DNA of 64,000 nt. Source: Marsupella aquatica. Taxonomy: Eukaryota > Plantae > Marchantiophyta. The notes beneath the pieces are model-generated. The model was not told the DNA's origin, searched no databases, and was given only the letters and a program-made list of their open reading frames with translations. How positions within the stretch are numbered: the stretch's first letter is position 1; every line of letters starts with the position of its first letter. Positions 1-12,021 of the stretch are shown here, piece after piece. The stretch spans positions 15,965,037-16,029,036 of the forward strand of contig OZ316891.1 of NCBI GenBank assembly GCA_973895155.1. Direction: 5' to 3'. Both the position numbers and the translations under genes were made by a program.

Positions 1-1739
1 GCTACCATATCCAAAACCATATCCATGAATGGTAACGGATAGTGATCCTTTCAGGTGGCGTCATTTAGTTTACGATAGTCCTGGCATATGCAAATTTTGG
101 GCTTCTCGTCCGTACCTCCCTTCTTTGGCACGATGACAATGGGAGACACCCAATCACTGGCCATTACCGGGTAGATGATATCCGTGGCCAGAAGACAATC
201 AATCTCCTCCTTCACCAAAATGGAGTACCTCGGGTTCATACGGCGTTGCCGCTGCCGTACGGCGTGAGCTCCTAAGTTTAAAGCAATCATGTGTTCAATC
301 TCCCAACTTTGGGGAGACTCCAGTCAAATCGTGATGGCTCCATGCAAACACATCTTCATACTCCTTGAGCAGTGCTTGGATGGATTTTTCCGCATCTCCC
401 TTCAGAGCATGGCCTAAGTTGAAAGACTTATTTATCCCGATGGTGTACTTCCAATAGTGTTCCTTCCTTATGACCTCCACTTGATTACGCAAGTTAGGGT
501 CTAGACTTGCATTTAGCTTGGCTAACCAAACCCCTCCATACATTGGTGGCATCGGGATCGGCTTCGGAATTGGGGTTGCTTCCTCTTGTAGCGGGATGGA
601 CGGATCCTAGGAGACTCGTCTCTTATGCTTTGGCCTTGGGGTTTTGGCCTCGGGCAATGCTTTGGCAGGTGCCCGGTCAGTAGAGTCAACATAGGTAGAG
701 GCAGCATCGGCTCCCTGCTTAGCTGGAGCCGAATCCTCCGTATCCTCCGAGCTGATGGCTTGTATGTGCTGTTCATCCGCCGGAATGCTAGAGAGGCTTG
801 GGGTGGTCTCGTCTATACCAACCTTTGGATAATTCAGGAGATGCGTCTCCCAAGTTGCCTCTATTCCAAAAACATCTTCCTCGGAAAGGGATGAGATGAG
901 CTCAATCATATTGAGCTCTTCTTCCTCCAAGGTCTCTGAATCATACTCCTCGGGTCCCTGTGGAGTCTCGCCCTGATAATTGTCCACCGCCCATGATACT
1001 CATATTGTGGGTGTCTCGAATTGTAGCTCCTTCTTGCCTTAGTCTGTGACTATAGCCTTCCCAAGAGGACCGGGTAAGAAGATGGTCGGACCGGCCTCAT
1101 GACCAAAAAGTTTAGATAAAACTCCACCCCTCCTACGATCCTACGAGGGTGAGGACCTTGGTGAGCGTGCCCAGGGGGAGTACTCTTGCACCATTTGCTA
1201 ATCAAATAGCTCAGGCTGTGGGTTGATACGTGAGGTACCCCAATTTTACAGATGTTTCCTCAGTCATAATATTGACTCCCGCTCTGCCATCCACGAGAAC
1301 TATCTTGATGGTACAGCCCTTGATCTTGATCAAGATGTTTGGTGCCCCTAGGTCTTCACAGATCATATTACAATCCGCAACACCAACACGCGATAGCCGT
1401 CTTCTCCGTCGGCCCGTGAGCAACTCTCTCAGTTGCTGCCGGTATTGGGGATTATTTTGGAGTAGTTGTCCTACTATCGCTGTGACTGGGCAACTCTTCA
1501 CATCTTGCCGAATGTCGTATTCCTCCTTTTCTTCCTTTGGTTGCAGCTTTGCTTCCGCTTCCCCCTTCTCCTGCTCTTCTCATTGAGCAGCCCCAACTGC
1601 TTTTAGGTCTTTATCAATTGCTTTCTGGTACTCTTGTGCCTTGTATGCTTCCAACTGTTGCTTTACCAACTCTTTGATGCAGGGATAGAATAGCTTCGGG
1701 TCATCCTGATGGTAGTTGTCATTGTCCTCGGGGGTATTT

Positions 1740-3552
1740 CTACCGTTGGCTGCACTGGCATGGTATCTTGCTTCCGTCGGCATTTCTCTTCCTGTTTCTC
1801 TTGCTTTTGTTTGGATCTGGTTGACACTCGGTAACATTTGGCCTCATTTGACGGATTGGGGGGTGCTCCGTTACATTGACCAGGTTGACCCACTCGGTGG
1901 TGTCATCTTGCAATTCTATGGTGATCATTTGAACGACTGCATCACTCAGAGCTGGTCCACCTGGGGCCAGCCTAGCCGCGCTTGCTTGTGCGGCTATCAT
2001 CAACAAGCAATTAGCCGTGGAATGAGCCTCTGTTTTGCAAACTTGACACAGTGGCATGCCTCGGCCATCTCCTTGCCGTCTTTGTTCAGTGCATTCCCTC
2101 GCAAAGTGACCGAGCTTCTCACAGTTGTAACAAACCGGTGATTGCCAAATCCCTGGCTTAGGAGGAATGCTTGGGTTACTTATAACTTGGAAGCCTCTGC
2201 CACTAGTATGGATACGCAGTTTTGCCAGCCTAATTTTGAGGGCCCACCGTGGAAATCTGATACACAGAGTCAAGGGGTTCTTTGAAGAAGTACTTTGTGG
2301 ACTCCAGTTCTGGTGTCGGACTGTCGATATCATCCAATTCCACCTGATGGACTCGATTCTTCCATCTCGGGCATTCTTGCACCACATGCCCTGATTGGAA
2401 GCACTTGGAGCACCAAGCATGCGCTCGGGTTTTGGATGGCTTCTTCTTTTCCATAGGCTTCTCTGCAAGATGTACCGACAATGCCTTGAGACAATCAGTG
2501 ATTTCATTGACCTTGTGTGTTTTGGCAGCCTTGGGATCTGGTACAGTTCTGCAAAAGCGGGGCTTGACTTTCTCCTCCTTAGCACGTCGTTTCTTCTTCT
2601 TGCTCTGGGCCTCGCTCTCCGAATCACTACCCGATGAGCTTGAGGTGGAGGAGCCACTGGTCAAAGTTGAATCCAAACTAGATCCCGTCTCCAAACTGGA
2701 CGAGGTTGAACGATGTTTCTTCTTCTTCTTGCGCTTCTTCTTCTTCTTGTCATCTGAGTCGGAGTCACTGAAGGTTTGGTACTTGCTCTTCTTTCGTTGT
2801 GCCCGTTGGCTTTGTTGGGAGTTATAGGTGGACTCCTTGTATGTTTTGGCGCACGCAATGGCTGCTTGCATTGAAATTGGGTTATTTTGGCGTACCCAAA
2901 ATTGCATATTCGTGGGCAATCCATGTAGAAACCATGTAAGCTAGAGCGCATTGCCTGGCCTAGGCTGGATCTTGGCAGCAAGTTTCTGGAACTTCTGAAT
3001 GAATTTTTGCAAGGACTCCTTCTTTCCCATGCAAAGCTGACCGATCTTTAACAAGGAACACTGCTCCGCTCCGATGGCACAAAACTCTTGTAACAACGCG
3101 GCCTGGAATTGTGGCCATGTGATTCCGGGCTGTAGCGAGTTGTACCATGGACAAGCTTCTCCCCGCATTACTTCGGGAAGAATTGTCAACTTGATGGCGT
3201 CCTCTTTGTTGGCCTTAGCAATGGCTTCAAACTCATCCAACCATTCATCCGGATCATCCCCATGATGTCCTTTGAAAGGTCGGTAATGAAACCGTGATCG
3301 TTGTGATACTTGTGGGGGAGCTTGGGCCACGCAAGCCACAGCCAGAGGGGCTGCTGCCATGGCTGCCAGTGGTGCAGCAGGGGCCAGACCAGGACCTGCT
3401 GGACCGGATCCTGAAGGTCTTGGTGGTATGTTCATCTGTCGAGGTGATTGTGAGTCCTCTGAGTGTGAAGATTCGGAACTTGTTGTGGTTGCACTCTCTC
3501 GTTCACTTGTCAATCTCCTCAAGTAAGCCGCTTGAGAATGAGTGATGGGCAT
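1740..3552 (-). pseudogene. gag: gag (capsid plus zinc knuckles), frameshifted
   Basis: ORF pieces 2941-3552, 2230-2919 and 1740-2657 give consecutive gag segments with two CX2CX4HX4C motifs. Confidence 0.85.
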
Positions 3553-3650
3553 CTACTCTTATAAATGTAATGGTTAGCAACTATCTAGGGCCCTAGGTCT
3601 CGTGATCATGTACATAGGCACATATCTCCATTCTACTATACTTAGAATGG

Positions 3651-3668
3651 CCCCTCCATCTAGTGCCA
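3651..3668 (-). promoter_or_regulatory. Putative primer-binding site TGGCACTAGATGGAGGGG
   Basis: Starts with TGG, 13 nt after the LTR end (...GTGTGACA at 3682) and upstream of the gag ATG. Resembles PBSs of plant non-chromoviral gypsy elements. Confidence 0.55.
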
Positions 3669-3681
3669 AAAACAAAGGCTA

Positions 3682-5432
3682 TGTCACACCGTAAGCTTTG
3701 TCCTTACACGGATTTTGGCTTAGGGCATTATCTTCATTAGTTTTGAGGGTTCGGGCAAGGAGGGATGTGCAAACTAAACCTTACTCCCGTAATCTAGCGC
3801 TAAGTGCGCCTAATCCTACTTACAGAAATGTCATGGGTATAGCTTGTGTTCTGCCACCGGAACGTACCTTAAGTCAATGGCAAGATCAACCCCGGCTTAA
3901 GGGCTTCTAAGCCTTTGTGCTGTCCGCCTCCAATCCGGATCCGATGATACGGGTATCCAAACCGGGCTCGCAACCACTGTCCGTAGCCGACACCTCGTGC
4001 GCGGCTTGGATAATGCGTTTGGCCAAACATTCTCTACCCATATACAAGATTCATACATGCAACTGAACTCACAAGCATTCAATCTTGGTTTACACAAAGG
4101 AAATGGTGGGAAAAGACTTTACTTCAAAACTCGTCATACACATACACACGGTTGACTCAACATCTCTTGAGTGAACAGGCCCAACGGCAGAGAGACATAC
4201 ACTACAACGAAGCCCGGTTCCGCACTCGCCCAGCAAGCTTAGTTGTACCCTCCCTCCTTGGTGCTCTTTTACTCACAAAGGCCGGGACTCCCCGCACATA
4301 CTATGGATGCCTGGTTTTGAAACTAAAACCACCTTGCCTCTACCAGGGGGTGCACTAAATACTAAGAGTCGGGGCTTGGAGCAGCCGCGTGCTTGAATCT
4401 ATATGTTATCCAAGATTCTAAACCCTGCTAACTATCAGGCCATAAAACAACGTGTCTTATTCTAAGATTCTAACTATGAAGGTCGGTTGGATAGGACAGC
4501 GCTGCTAACTAGTTTTGGCGCTTGTCCTTAGTTATCGTCTGATTACCCTACTTCTAACTCTATCCTAAACCTACTCCGCCGCTAATGTCTGGCACGCTTG
4601 CCAGACCTGCCTGAGTTGGATTTGGAGCGGCCATCCCGCTGCCTCCCGAGCCGGTTGGCGTCCTGTTTGAGTAGCTGGACCTGGTCCAGCAGAGATTCAT
4701 TCTCTTGCTTTGTCGCGTCCATCTCCTTAGCGGCTTCCTGGCATGCCTCTTCCCATTGCTGGGCGTTGCTTGTCAGCTTGTCCACCAATTGGGCCTGCTT
4801 TGTGGCTTCTCCTTGAAGCCGTGCCACTTCCGCCTTTAGGGCGTCTATCTTGGCTGCGTCTTCTTGGGCCCGGGCGTCGGCCTCCTCCACATCCTTTTGC
4901 CAGATGATGGCTTGTCCCTTCATACCGTCAATCTGAGTTTGGAGCCGTGCGATCTCAACATCCTTCCCAACTCCGGCCTCTTTTGCCAAGGCTGCCCGGG
5001 CCCTAGGTTCGGCCACCTGATCTTCTATGGCCGCTACCTGAGGTCAAAGCAGTTGGAGTTCGGTCTCTTGGGCTGAAACTTTGTCTTTCAGGTGGGTAGA
5101 CTCAACCCGATATCGCTCTATCCTCTGCATGCCCTCAGCCTATCCATGCCCCGCTCGCACTGTTGCAACCAATTCCTGGTTGAAGAAGTTGGCCACCTTC
5201 CGTGCCATGTACTCCCCGGTATCCCGCGCAATTTGTTGGGAGAAGTCTCCTAGTAACCCTTTCAAAAGCGTGCTCGGTGCAAAGAGTTCCGGGTACTCTA
5301 GATTCCCGTCTAGATTATGCCCACTCGGGTTTGGGCAAGGACAGACCCTAGCTTGCACAGGAGTCAGAGTGCTGACGTCCGACCCTTGAAATATGATGGT
5401 AGAGGGGGTTGGGTTTGCATGGGGTGGCTGGT
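3682..5432 (-). repeat. Partial 5' LTR of the gypsy element, containing the 3' end of an LTR-internal ORF
   Basis: Reverse-complement homolog of ~51550-53264. ORF pieces 4582-5016 and 5140-5358 match 50634-52367 (QIARDTGEYMARKVA; RQRDGRS..GKRARH). Ends in GTGACA. Interrupted at 5433 by a chromovirus LTR. Confidence 0.75.
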
Positions 5433-6903
5433 AGTGGTGGACCTAGCCACCCATAGCCCTCGCCAATCCCAGCACTTGCGCCTAAGTGCCCTTGGTGCCC
5501 GAACGCCTCCACGGAATACCTCGAGCAAGCATCCAAGTGCCTCTAGCACCACCTGCGGCCCCTCCCATACAAAGCCGCACTTGCTCACCTACACAACCGC
5601 TACTCAACGGTCCTCATTGTGTGCACAAGAAACCAAGCACCTTGGTAAGTAACCCCTCCGGATCTAGAACTCGCCAAGTCTAGCATCCTAACTCAAGCTC
5701 AACAGACGTTGGTAAATAGGTCAGCGATAGGTCCTCCTGATGCCATAAGCCGGAACCAGAACCCACGTCCACTGTCCGTCCAGGACAGCTCCTTCCTTGG
5801 GCGCGGCCCAGGTTCCCCCTTGTACCTATCCATCACCAACTGACCGCCCTGACCTCAGGACATGCTCATGGCCCAATTAGCGTAGCTTGCCCTAAAGCTT
5901 GTCCCAAGCTTGTCTCAACACGCCGGGACCAGAACGGCCCCGACTCTAACAACCGCTCCCGGTTCGCCCCACTAATGGTCTAGGGACCGAGCATCCTTGG
6001 GACTCAGCCTCCATACCTACTTGGCCTTACCTCCCCAACGCAAGCTCCCTTGGTGGCTGAACGCGGCTTGGCTGCTGTTCGGCAGGATTTGGCAAGCGGG
6101 CGAGCTAACACCCACAAACCACGAGAACCCATGGCACCCTCGGACCCATCTGAGCTCAGGAGGGCGTTACCCTCAAGAGCTTTCCAACGCACCCAAGAAT
6201 TCCTCCAACGGATTTCCCGTTGGGAAGATATCGCCATTTCCGTTTGGCGGTTTCCCTTAGTGTCGCGACCGCCGCGGCTCACGACTTCGGCTCGCCCTTA
6301 GCCCCCAGGGAGACACCACTCCCCTCGTATATGCTTATGGAGACCTGCCACCCCCGGACCAGCTTTGGTCCCTAAACATTTGGGCCCCAACCCGGATCCC
6401 ATTGCGCATAATGGGCGCGCCACCAACTGGCAACGCCCATAACTTTCTTGATAGGCATCCGCAAGCGGAGTGCCTTAGCCCTTTTTCACCGGGCCGACCC
6501 AGTGCTCATGCCTAGGCCCTCAGGTCTGATCGCCGCTCGGGGCCCCCGACCGGCCCAACCCAGATCGGGCCACAACTTGCGCCCCAAGCGTCCGTTGTCA
6601 ATGGCGTCAACTCCATTGGCCTTGGGCCCAAGAGGAGCTCACTCCCAAGCCCTCAGAACTCAAAGTCCATCCGACGGTCCGGACGGCCATCCTTGAGCCC
6701 GGCCCATTTCCCCTTGACCCAACCCGCCATAGGCTAGTCCCCAACTTGGCCCCTTGCCTCGCCAGTGCCACATCTCATTGCCCACAAGTCTCCCCATGCT
6801 AAGTCCTCCCCGGATGGCCTATCCGGGCCTAGACCATAAGGGAGCTCGGCGTCGGAGTCAGCGACGCCGGAGCTAAGTGTTAAGGTAGTCGAGTTCCGCA
6901 ACT
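5433..6903 (-). repeat. 3' LTR of a chromovirus (Ty3/gypsy), ~1.47 kb, AGT...ACT termini
   Basis: Homologous to 9771-11253, 16923-18382 and 56249-57506. Preceded on the minus strand by a polypurine tract (AAGGGGGG, ~6908-6915). Confidence 0.85.
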
Positions 6904-7340
6904 TGCACCCCCCTTAAAAATGGTCACGTCCGTGTGACCTCAGTAAACGTTCCAACACGCCTAGACCACTTTGGGCCTTAAAAATTTTATGAGGTAACAA
7001 ATGGTTTGCCCATAAGGCTGATGCAAACCAGCTTGGTATGTGCATTCCAAACTTAGGAAATTCCAACCTATCCCACTTATCCAAGTAGGATACCAGTCCA
7101 AATGGGTAAGCTAACTCCAAACTCGTCGGACCCATTGTCCTCCCCTTGGGGTACTCCCCTTTGGTTCGGACCAGCCCGCCCACAGATGTAAGGCGGGCAC
7201 CATCAACTTCCACTCGCAAAAAGCAAATCAGCCGCCCAACAACCTCTAGCACCAACGCGATCCAAATTTATCCTTAAGAGGCCGAGAGGAGTGAAACTAG
7301 GATACAACTCACAAAGGTAGCTACAGCTGCCTGTACCAGT

Positions 7341-7810
7341 TCACAATGGCGGTAGGCCGCTTCGCTTACGATAGCTTCCAAGGATCTCTGAGGCATTACC
7401 CAAATTTTCCTCCGGTTCCCAAGTACTCTCAACCTGATCATAGCCAGCCCACTTCACCAAATACTCTAAGATTTGCCTTCCCAACTTGCGTTTGTAACGG
7501 TGGCCCAGAATTGCCTCCACCTCAAACTCCTCCGCGTCCTCCACCAGCATGGCGTCCGGACGCAAGGCCTGATCCCGATTGGGATCATCGTCTTTGACAA
7601 ACTTCTTGAGCCGGCTAACATGGTAGCTTTTGCCCACGTCCATTTCCTTGGGTGTCTCCAACACCACCGAAACCGGATTATCCTTGTGGGCCCATCGTAT
7701 GATGCGATAGGGCCCCGCATATCTGGGAGCCAGCTTCCTACTTATGTTCCCGTGGTATTGCTCTGGTCTCAACTGCAACCAGACGCTCTCCCCAATTTCA
7801 AAGCTTACCT
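7341..7810 (-). pseudogene. Chromovirus integrase C-terminus with chromodomain (5' truncated)
   Basis: GPY/F motif KLAPRYAGPYRI, YHVSRLK, chromodomain FEVEAILGHR...EYLVKWAGY..ESTWEPEENL. Confidence 0.9.
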
Positions 7811-9770
7811 GGTGTGATGCCTAGCCAGGAATCATTAGGCCAGTTTAAATAGTAAAATCAGGAGTGTACCCTAGGAAACACCTTAGTATAGTAAAAAAAA
7901 TAGGGAAAATATAAACAATTAAGGGTGACTATGGAAACCGAGCTGAGGCCGAAAGTAAGGACGTCGGGGGCCATCAACAAAGAATGGCTTCTTCCAAAAC
8001 ACCTGCACAAACCCGCACATAGGAGAAATGATCGATTTCTTGCGGGTGACCATGCATTGCAACTTGTCGAGGCAGAGATCGGCAAGGCACAGGTCTATCT
8101 GGCGGAGAGGCCAGACCCAAGCCGGGACTACAATGGGTACCTCCTCACCCAACTAAAGAAGATTTTGAAGGAGGAATAGCTGGTGATCGGCATGGGAAGC
8201 ATGTCCCGCCTTGGCTATCATATGCCGTTGTTGTGCCGGTATGCCCGAAGTCAGATATTTGCCCCGGTACTTCCCCTGCAGGCAAGAGCACCAGAGGAGG
8301 TTCCGAAACCAAGGCCGGCAAAAGAGAAACCGACCCAGCCCGACAGTCCTACAATCGAGCAGGTGTTTAGGCTGAGGAATTTCTCAATGGCACACTCATT
8401 GGAAAGCTAGAGTAAAATTAGAAACTCATCATCTTCTTAGTACACAAAATCTATCAATGTTAGGTTCATTGGAAAGTCAAAGAAATTTGGATACTCATGA
8501 TCTCTCTAATTCTTGACGAATACTCCCAATGGCACACTTTAGAAAGCTAGAGAGATTGAAAATCTCATGATCTCCTCAGTACCGTGACAAAATCTGACAT
8601 GAAATTTTTCAATGTTGGACTCAATGTTGGAAAGCTAAAAAAACTCATGAACTCATGATCAAAATTTCTTATTGTCACACTCATTGAAAATGCCAGGAAA
8701 TTCAAAAACTCATTTGGAATTTGACAAAATTTGTCAATTTGAAACTCATTGGAAACTCTTTCTCGATTAAGAGATGTTACAATCTCTTCACCGTCACAAA
8801 CTTAGCCGTTGCAAATTGATTTATTTGATTGCATTGCCATCATTTGTCTGCAATGCTTGCTTCCTAGTTTGAATTGTTTGCATCCCTCTAGTCTTCAATT
8901 GAAGCTCACTCTGAACACAGTTTGACGCCAAATGCAACCTTTATGTTGAAGAAACAATTGTTGATCTTCCCCTCACACCATAACTTTCTTAAATAAGAAA
9001 ATTACAAAACCTTCATATGAAGTGATGACTCGTCCATTTTGTGCATTCTTCCCACCAAAATAACAAGCGCTCCTTTGCCAACAGCTGAGTGTTGTCCTCC
9101 AGTTTGTCTTGTGATAGTATTGCTCAATGTAAGTCACAAACGATCAATCAGAAATGGTAGAAACACAATTTCTCCAATGTGTAAGCGAAAATAATCAAAA
9201 AACTCAATTCCTCCAATTCAACCTTCCATTTGATAAACCAAAGAGATTATCTCAACCAGATCAATCTACTCTATCTTTTGAGTGTTCTCTTTTGTATTGC
9301 ACACACCAAGACCACCAGGAGACTCAAAACCATTGGTTACCTCCTTGCTGAAAATTGATTTCACTTCATCACACACACATTCCTTAGATGAACATGGGGG
9401 TCCACGGATTAATTGGCACTATTATGTCTCCACTAGCTAAGCCAATCATTTTTAAACCTCATAATTTCCAACTCACGAGTAACAGCCACCATCAGTAGTA
9501 TCTTTCTTGTAAACAAGTTAATACCATAGTTTGGAGTGCTTTGTACCAGATTCATTCTGCAACCCTTTCTATGGATCTAAATTGCCACACAATGAGTAAA
9601 GATGCAATGATTCCCTAAACTCTAAACCCTAAACCCTCATCCCCAGAATATGTCCCTTTTGTAGAGTAAGCCCTCATCCCCGTAATATATCCCTTTTGAA
9701 ATGGTGGCTGAAGCGGAGTTGTAGGATGTGTTGGTAAGTATAAAGTATTATCTTATTCCTTGTTGGTTTA

Positions 9771-11253
9771 AGTGGTGGACCTTACCACCCAGCGCCCTCA
9801 CCAATCCCAACACTCACGCCTTTGTGCCCTTGGTGCCCGAACGCCTCTACGGAATACCTCAAGCAAGCAACCTAGTGCCCCTTGCACCGCCAGCGGCCCC
9901 TCCCATACGAAGCCGCACTTGCTCTCTAACACGACCGCTACTCAACGGTCCTCCCTATCTGCACAAGCAACCAAGCACCTCGGTAAGTAACCCTTTAGGA
10001 TCTAGAACTCGCCAAGTCTAGCATCCTAACTCAAGCTCAATAGACGTTGGTAAATAGGTCAGCGATAGGTCCTCTCGATGCCATAAGCCGGAACCAGAGC
10101 CCACGCCCACTGTTCGTCCAAAACAGCTCCTTCCTTGGGCGCGGCCCGGGTACCCCCTTGTACCTATCCATCACCAACTAACCGTCCTGACCTCAGGACA
10201 TGCTCATGGCCCAAATAGCGTAGCTTGTCCTAAAGGTTGTCCCAACACGTCGGGACCAGAACGGCCCCGACTCTAGTAACCGCTCCCGGTTCGCCCCACT
10301 GGTGGTCTAGGGGCCGAGCACCCTTGGAACTCAGCCTCCACACCTACTTGGCCTTGCCTCCCCAATGCAAGCTCCCTTGGAAGACTGAACACGGCTTGGC
10401 TGCTGTTCGGCAAGATTTGGCAAGCGGGCGAGCTAACACCCGCAAACCACGAGAACCCACGGCACCCCCAGACCCAGATGAGCTCAGGAGGGCGTATCCT
10501 TCTTCAAGAGCTTTCCAACGCACCTAAGAAGTCCTCCAACGGACTTCCCGTTAGGAAGATATCACCATTTCCATTTGACCGTTTCCCTTAGTGTCGCGAC
10601 CGCCGCGGCTCACGATTTCGGCTCGCCCTTAGCCCCCAGAGAGACACCACTCCCCTCATATATGTTTCTGGAGACCTGCCACCCCCGGACCAACTTTGGT
10701 CCCTAAACATTTGGCCCCCAACCCGGATCCCATCGCGCATAATGGGCGCGCCACCAACTGGCAACGCCCATAACTTTCTTGATAGGCATCCGCAAGCGGA
10801 GTGCCTTAGCTCATTGTGACTGGGCCAACCCAGTGCTCATGCCTGGGCCCTCAGGTCTGATTGCCGCTCGGGATCCCCGACCGGCCCAACCCGGATTGGG
10901 CCACAACTTACGCCCCAAGCGTCCTTTGCCAATGGCGTCAACTCCATTGGCCTTGGGCCCAAGAGGAGCTCACTCCCAAGCCCTCACAACTCAAAGTCCA
11001 TCCGGAGGTCCGGACGGCCATCATTGAGCCCGGCCCATTTTCCCTTGACCCGACCAGCCATAGGCTAGTCCAAGTCCTTAGTGTGTGCCCCCAGCTTGGC
11101 TCCTTGCCTCGCTAGACCCACGTCTCATTGCCCACAAGTCTCCCAATGCTAAGTCCTCCCCTGATGGCCTGTCCGGGCCTGGACCATAAGGGAGCTCGGC
11201 GTCGGAGTCACCGACGCCGGAGCTAAGTGTTAAGGTAGTCGAGTTCCGCGACT
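9771..11253 (-). mobile_element. Solo chromovirus LTR with a perfect 5-bp TSD (GTTTA)
   Basis: GTTTA at 9766-9770 and 11254-11258. Termini AGTGG... and ...CGACT. Full-length match to 5433-6903. Confidence 0.9.
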
Positions 11254-11370
11254 GTTTACCTTGGACTCTTTGAGTGAAAGAGTTAATGTTTGTCCAGGTT
11301 AGCAGTTTGGTGGTGGGTGTGTAAGTTAGTTACCACCTAAGTTCTTTACTAGCATCACGAGTAAAGTTAC

Positions 11371-11838
11371 ATCATCAATTATCAATCGTTTCCGTCAGTC
11401 GACCTGATATCAGTCGCCACATCATCTCAGAGAGGCCGCCAAGATGTGGAGCCAAAAAAAAATGCGAAAAAAAAAATTCATTTTTTTTCTCAAAATTTAA
11501 TGAATAAAAAAAATTGAAATTTTTTTGACTCTGGGTGTCCGTACCGTACGGACATCACTTCTCGTCGGGGCCAGGGGATATGGCCAGGCGTCCGTACGGT
11601 ACAGACACCAAATTTCGTAAACTTTTTTTTTCAATTTTTTTTCATTTTGAATTTTTCAAGAAAATAATTTTTAATTTTTTTTCTCACTTTTTTGTCCGTA
11701 CGCTGATCTCGGCGAGGTCAGCTGAGATTGAGTCAATCTCAGCTACCTAGCTGAGATGCGTGGAAGTGCAAAGTCATCATCTCAACTGCTCAACTGAGAT
11801 TCAAAATAATTTCAGCAGAAAAACTGATAATTGATGAT
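11371..11838. repeat. Fold-back / MITE-like element with 14-bp terminal inverted repeat
   Basis: ATCATCAATTATCA (11371-11384) and TGATAATTGATGAT (11825-11838). Internal mirrored A/T tracts and inverted GTCCGTACNGTAC(G/A)GAC motifs at ~11537 and ~11590. No TSD seen. Confidence 0.55.
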
Positions 11839-12021
11839 CCTCGCTAGCCCTAGCATCACTCAACCAAAAGATGTTATTTTTTGGCACTCTCGGTTGTTAC
11901 TTGGCCCAGGGTAGAGCATCTCTTCACAGTGTAACACAACTTGGGCAAAGATCTTTGCAGTGCAAGCATAGTAGCAGTAGAGCATGGTAACATCAATTGC
12001 CAAGAGATAGACGGTGCCTAA

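Larger units (their letters stand above)
1..3681 (-). mobile_element. Non-chromoviral Ty3/gypsy LTR retrotransposon, internal 5' part (gag-protease-start of RT), decayed
   Basis: Gag start MPITHSQ (3552), retrotransposon gag motif DPDEWLDEFE, CCHC knuckles (CSKCFQSGHVVQEC, CYNCEKLGHFAREC), protease VLVDGRAGVNIM (1211-1501), RT N-terminus WVSPIVIVPKK...ICQDYRKLNDAT (51-290). Split by frameshifts and stops. Confidence 0.9.

Noticed and set aside
5486-6696. Short ORFs recurring in four places in the window
   Set aside because: They recur because they lie in copies of the same GC-rich LTR. Stops and frames are not conserved.
7813-9600. Short ORFs and degenerate GAAACTCAT/GGAAAGCTA repeats
   Set aside because: No recognisable domain or boundaries. 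Probably old TE debris.
9613-9637. Plant telomere-like CCCTAAA repeats
   Set aside because: Only ~3.5 units with one mismatch, too short to call an interstitial telomere.
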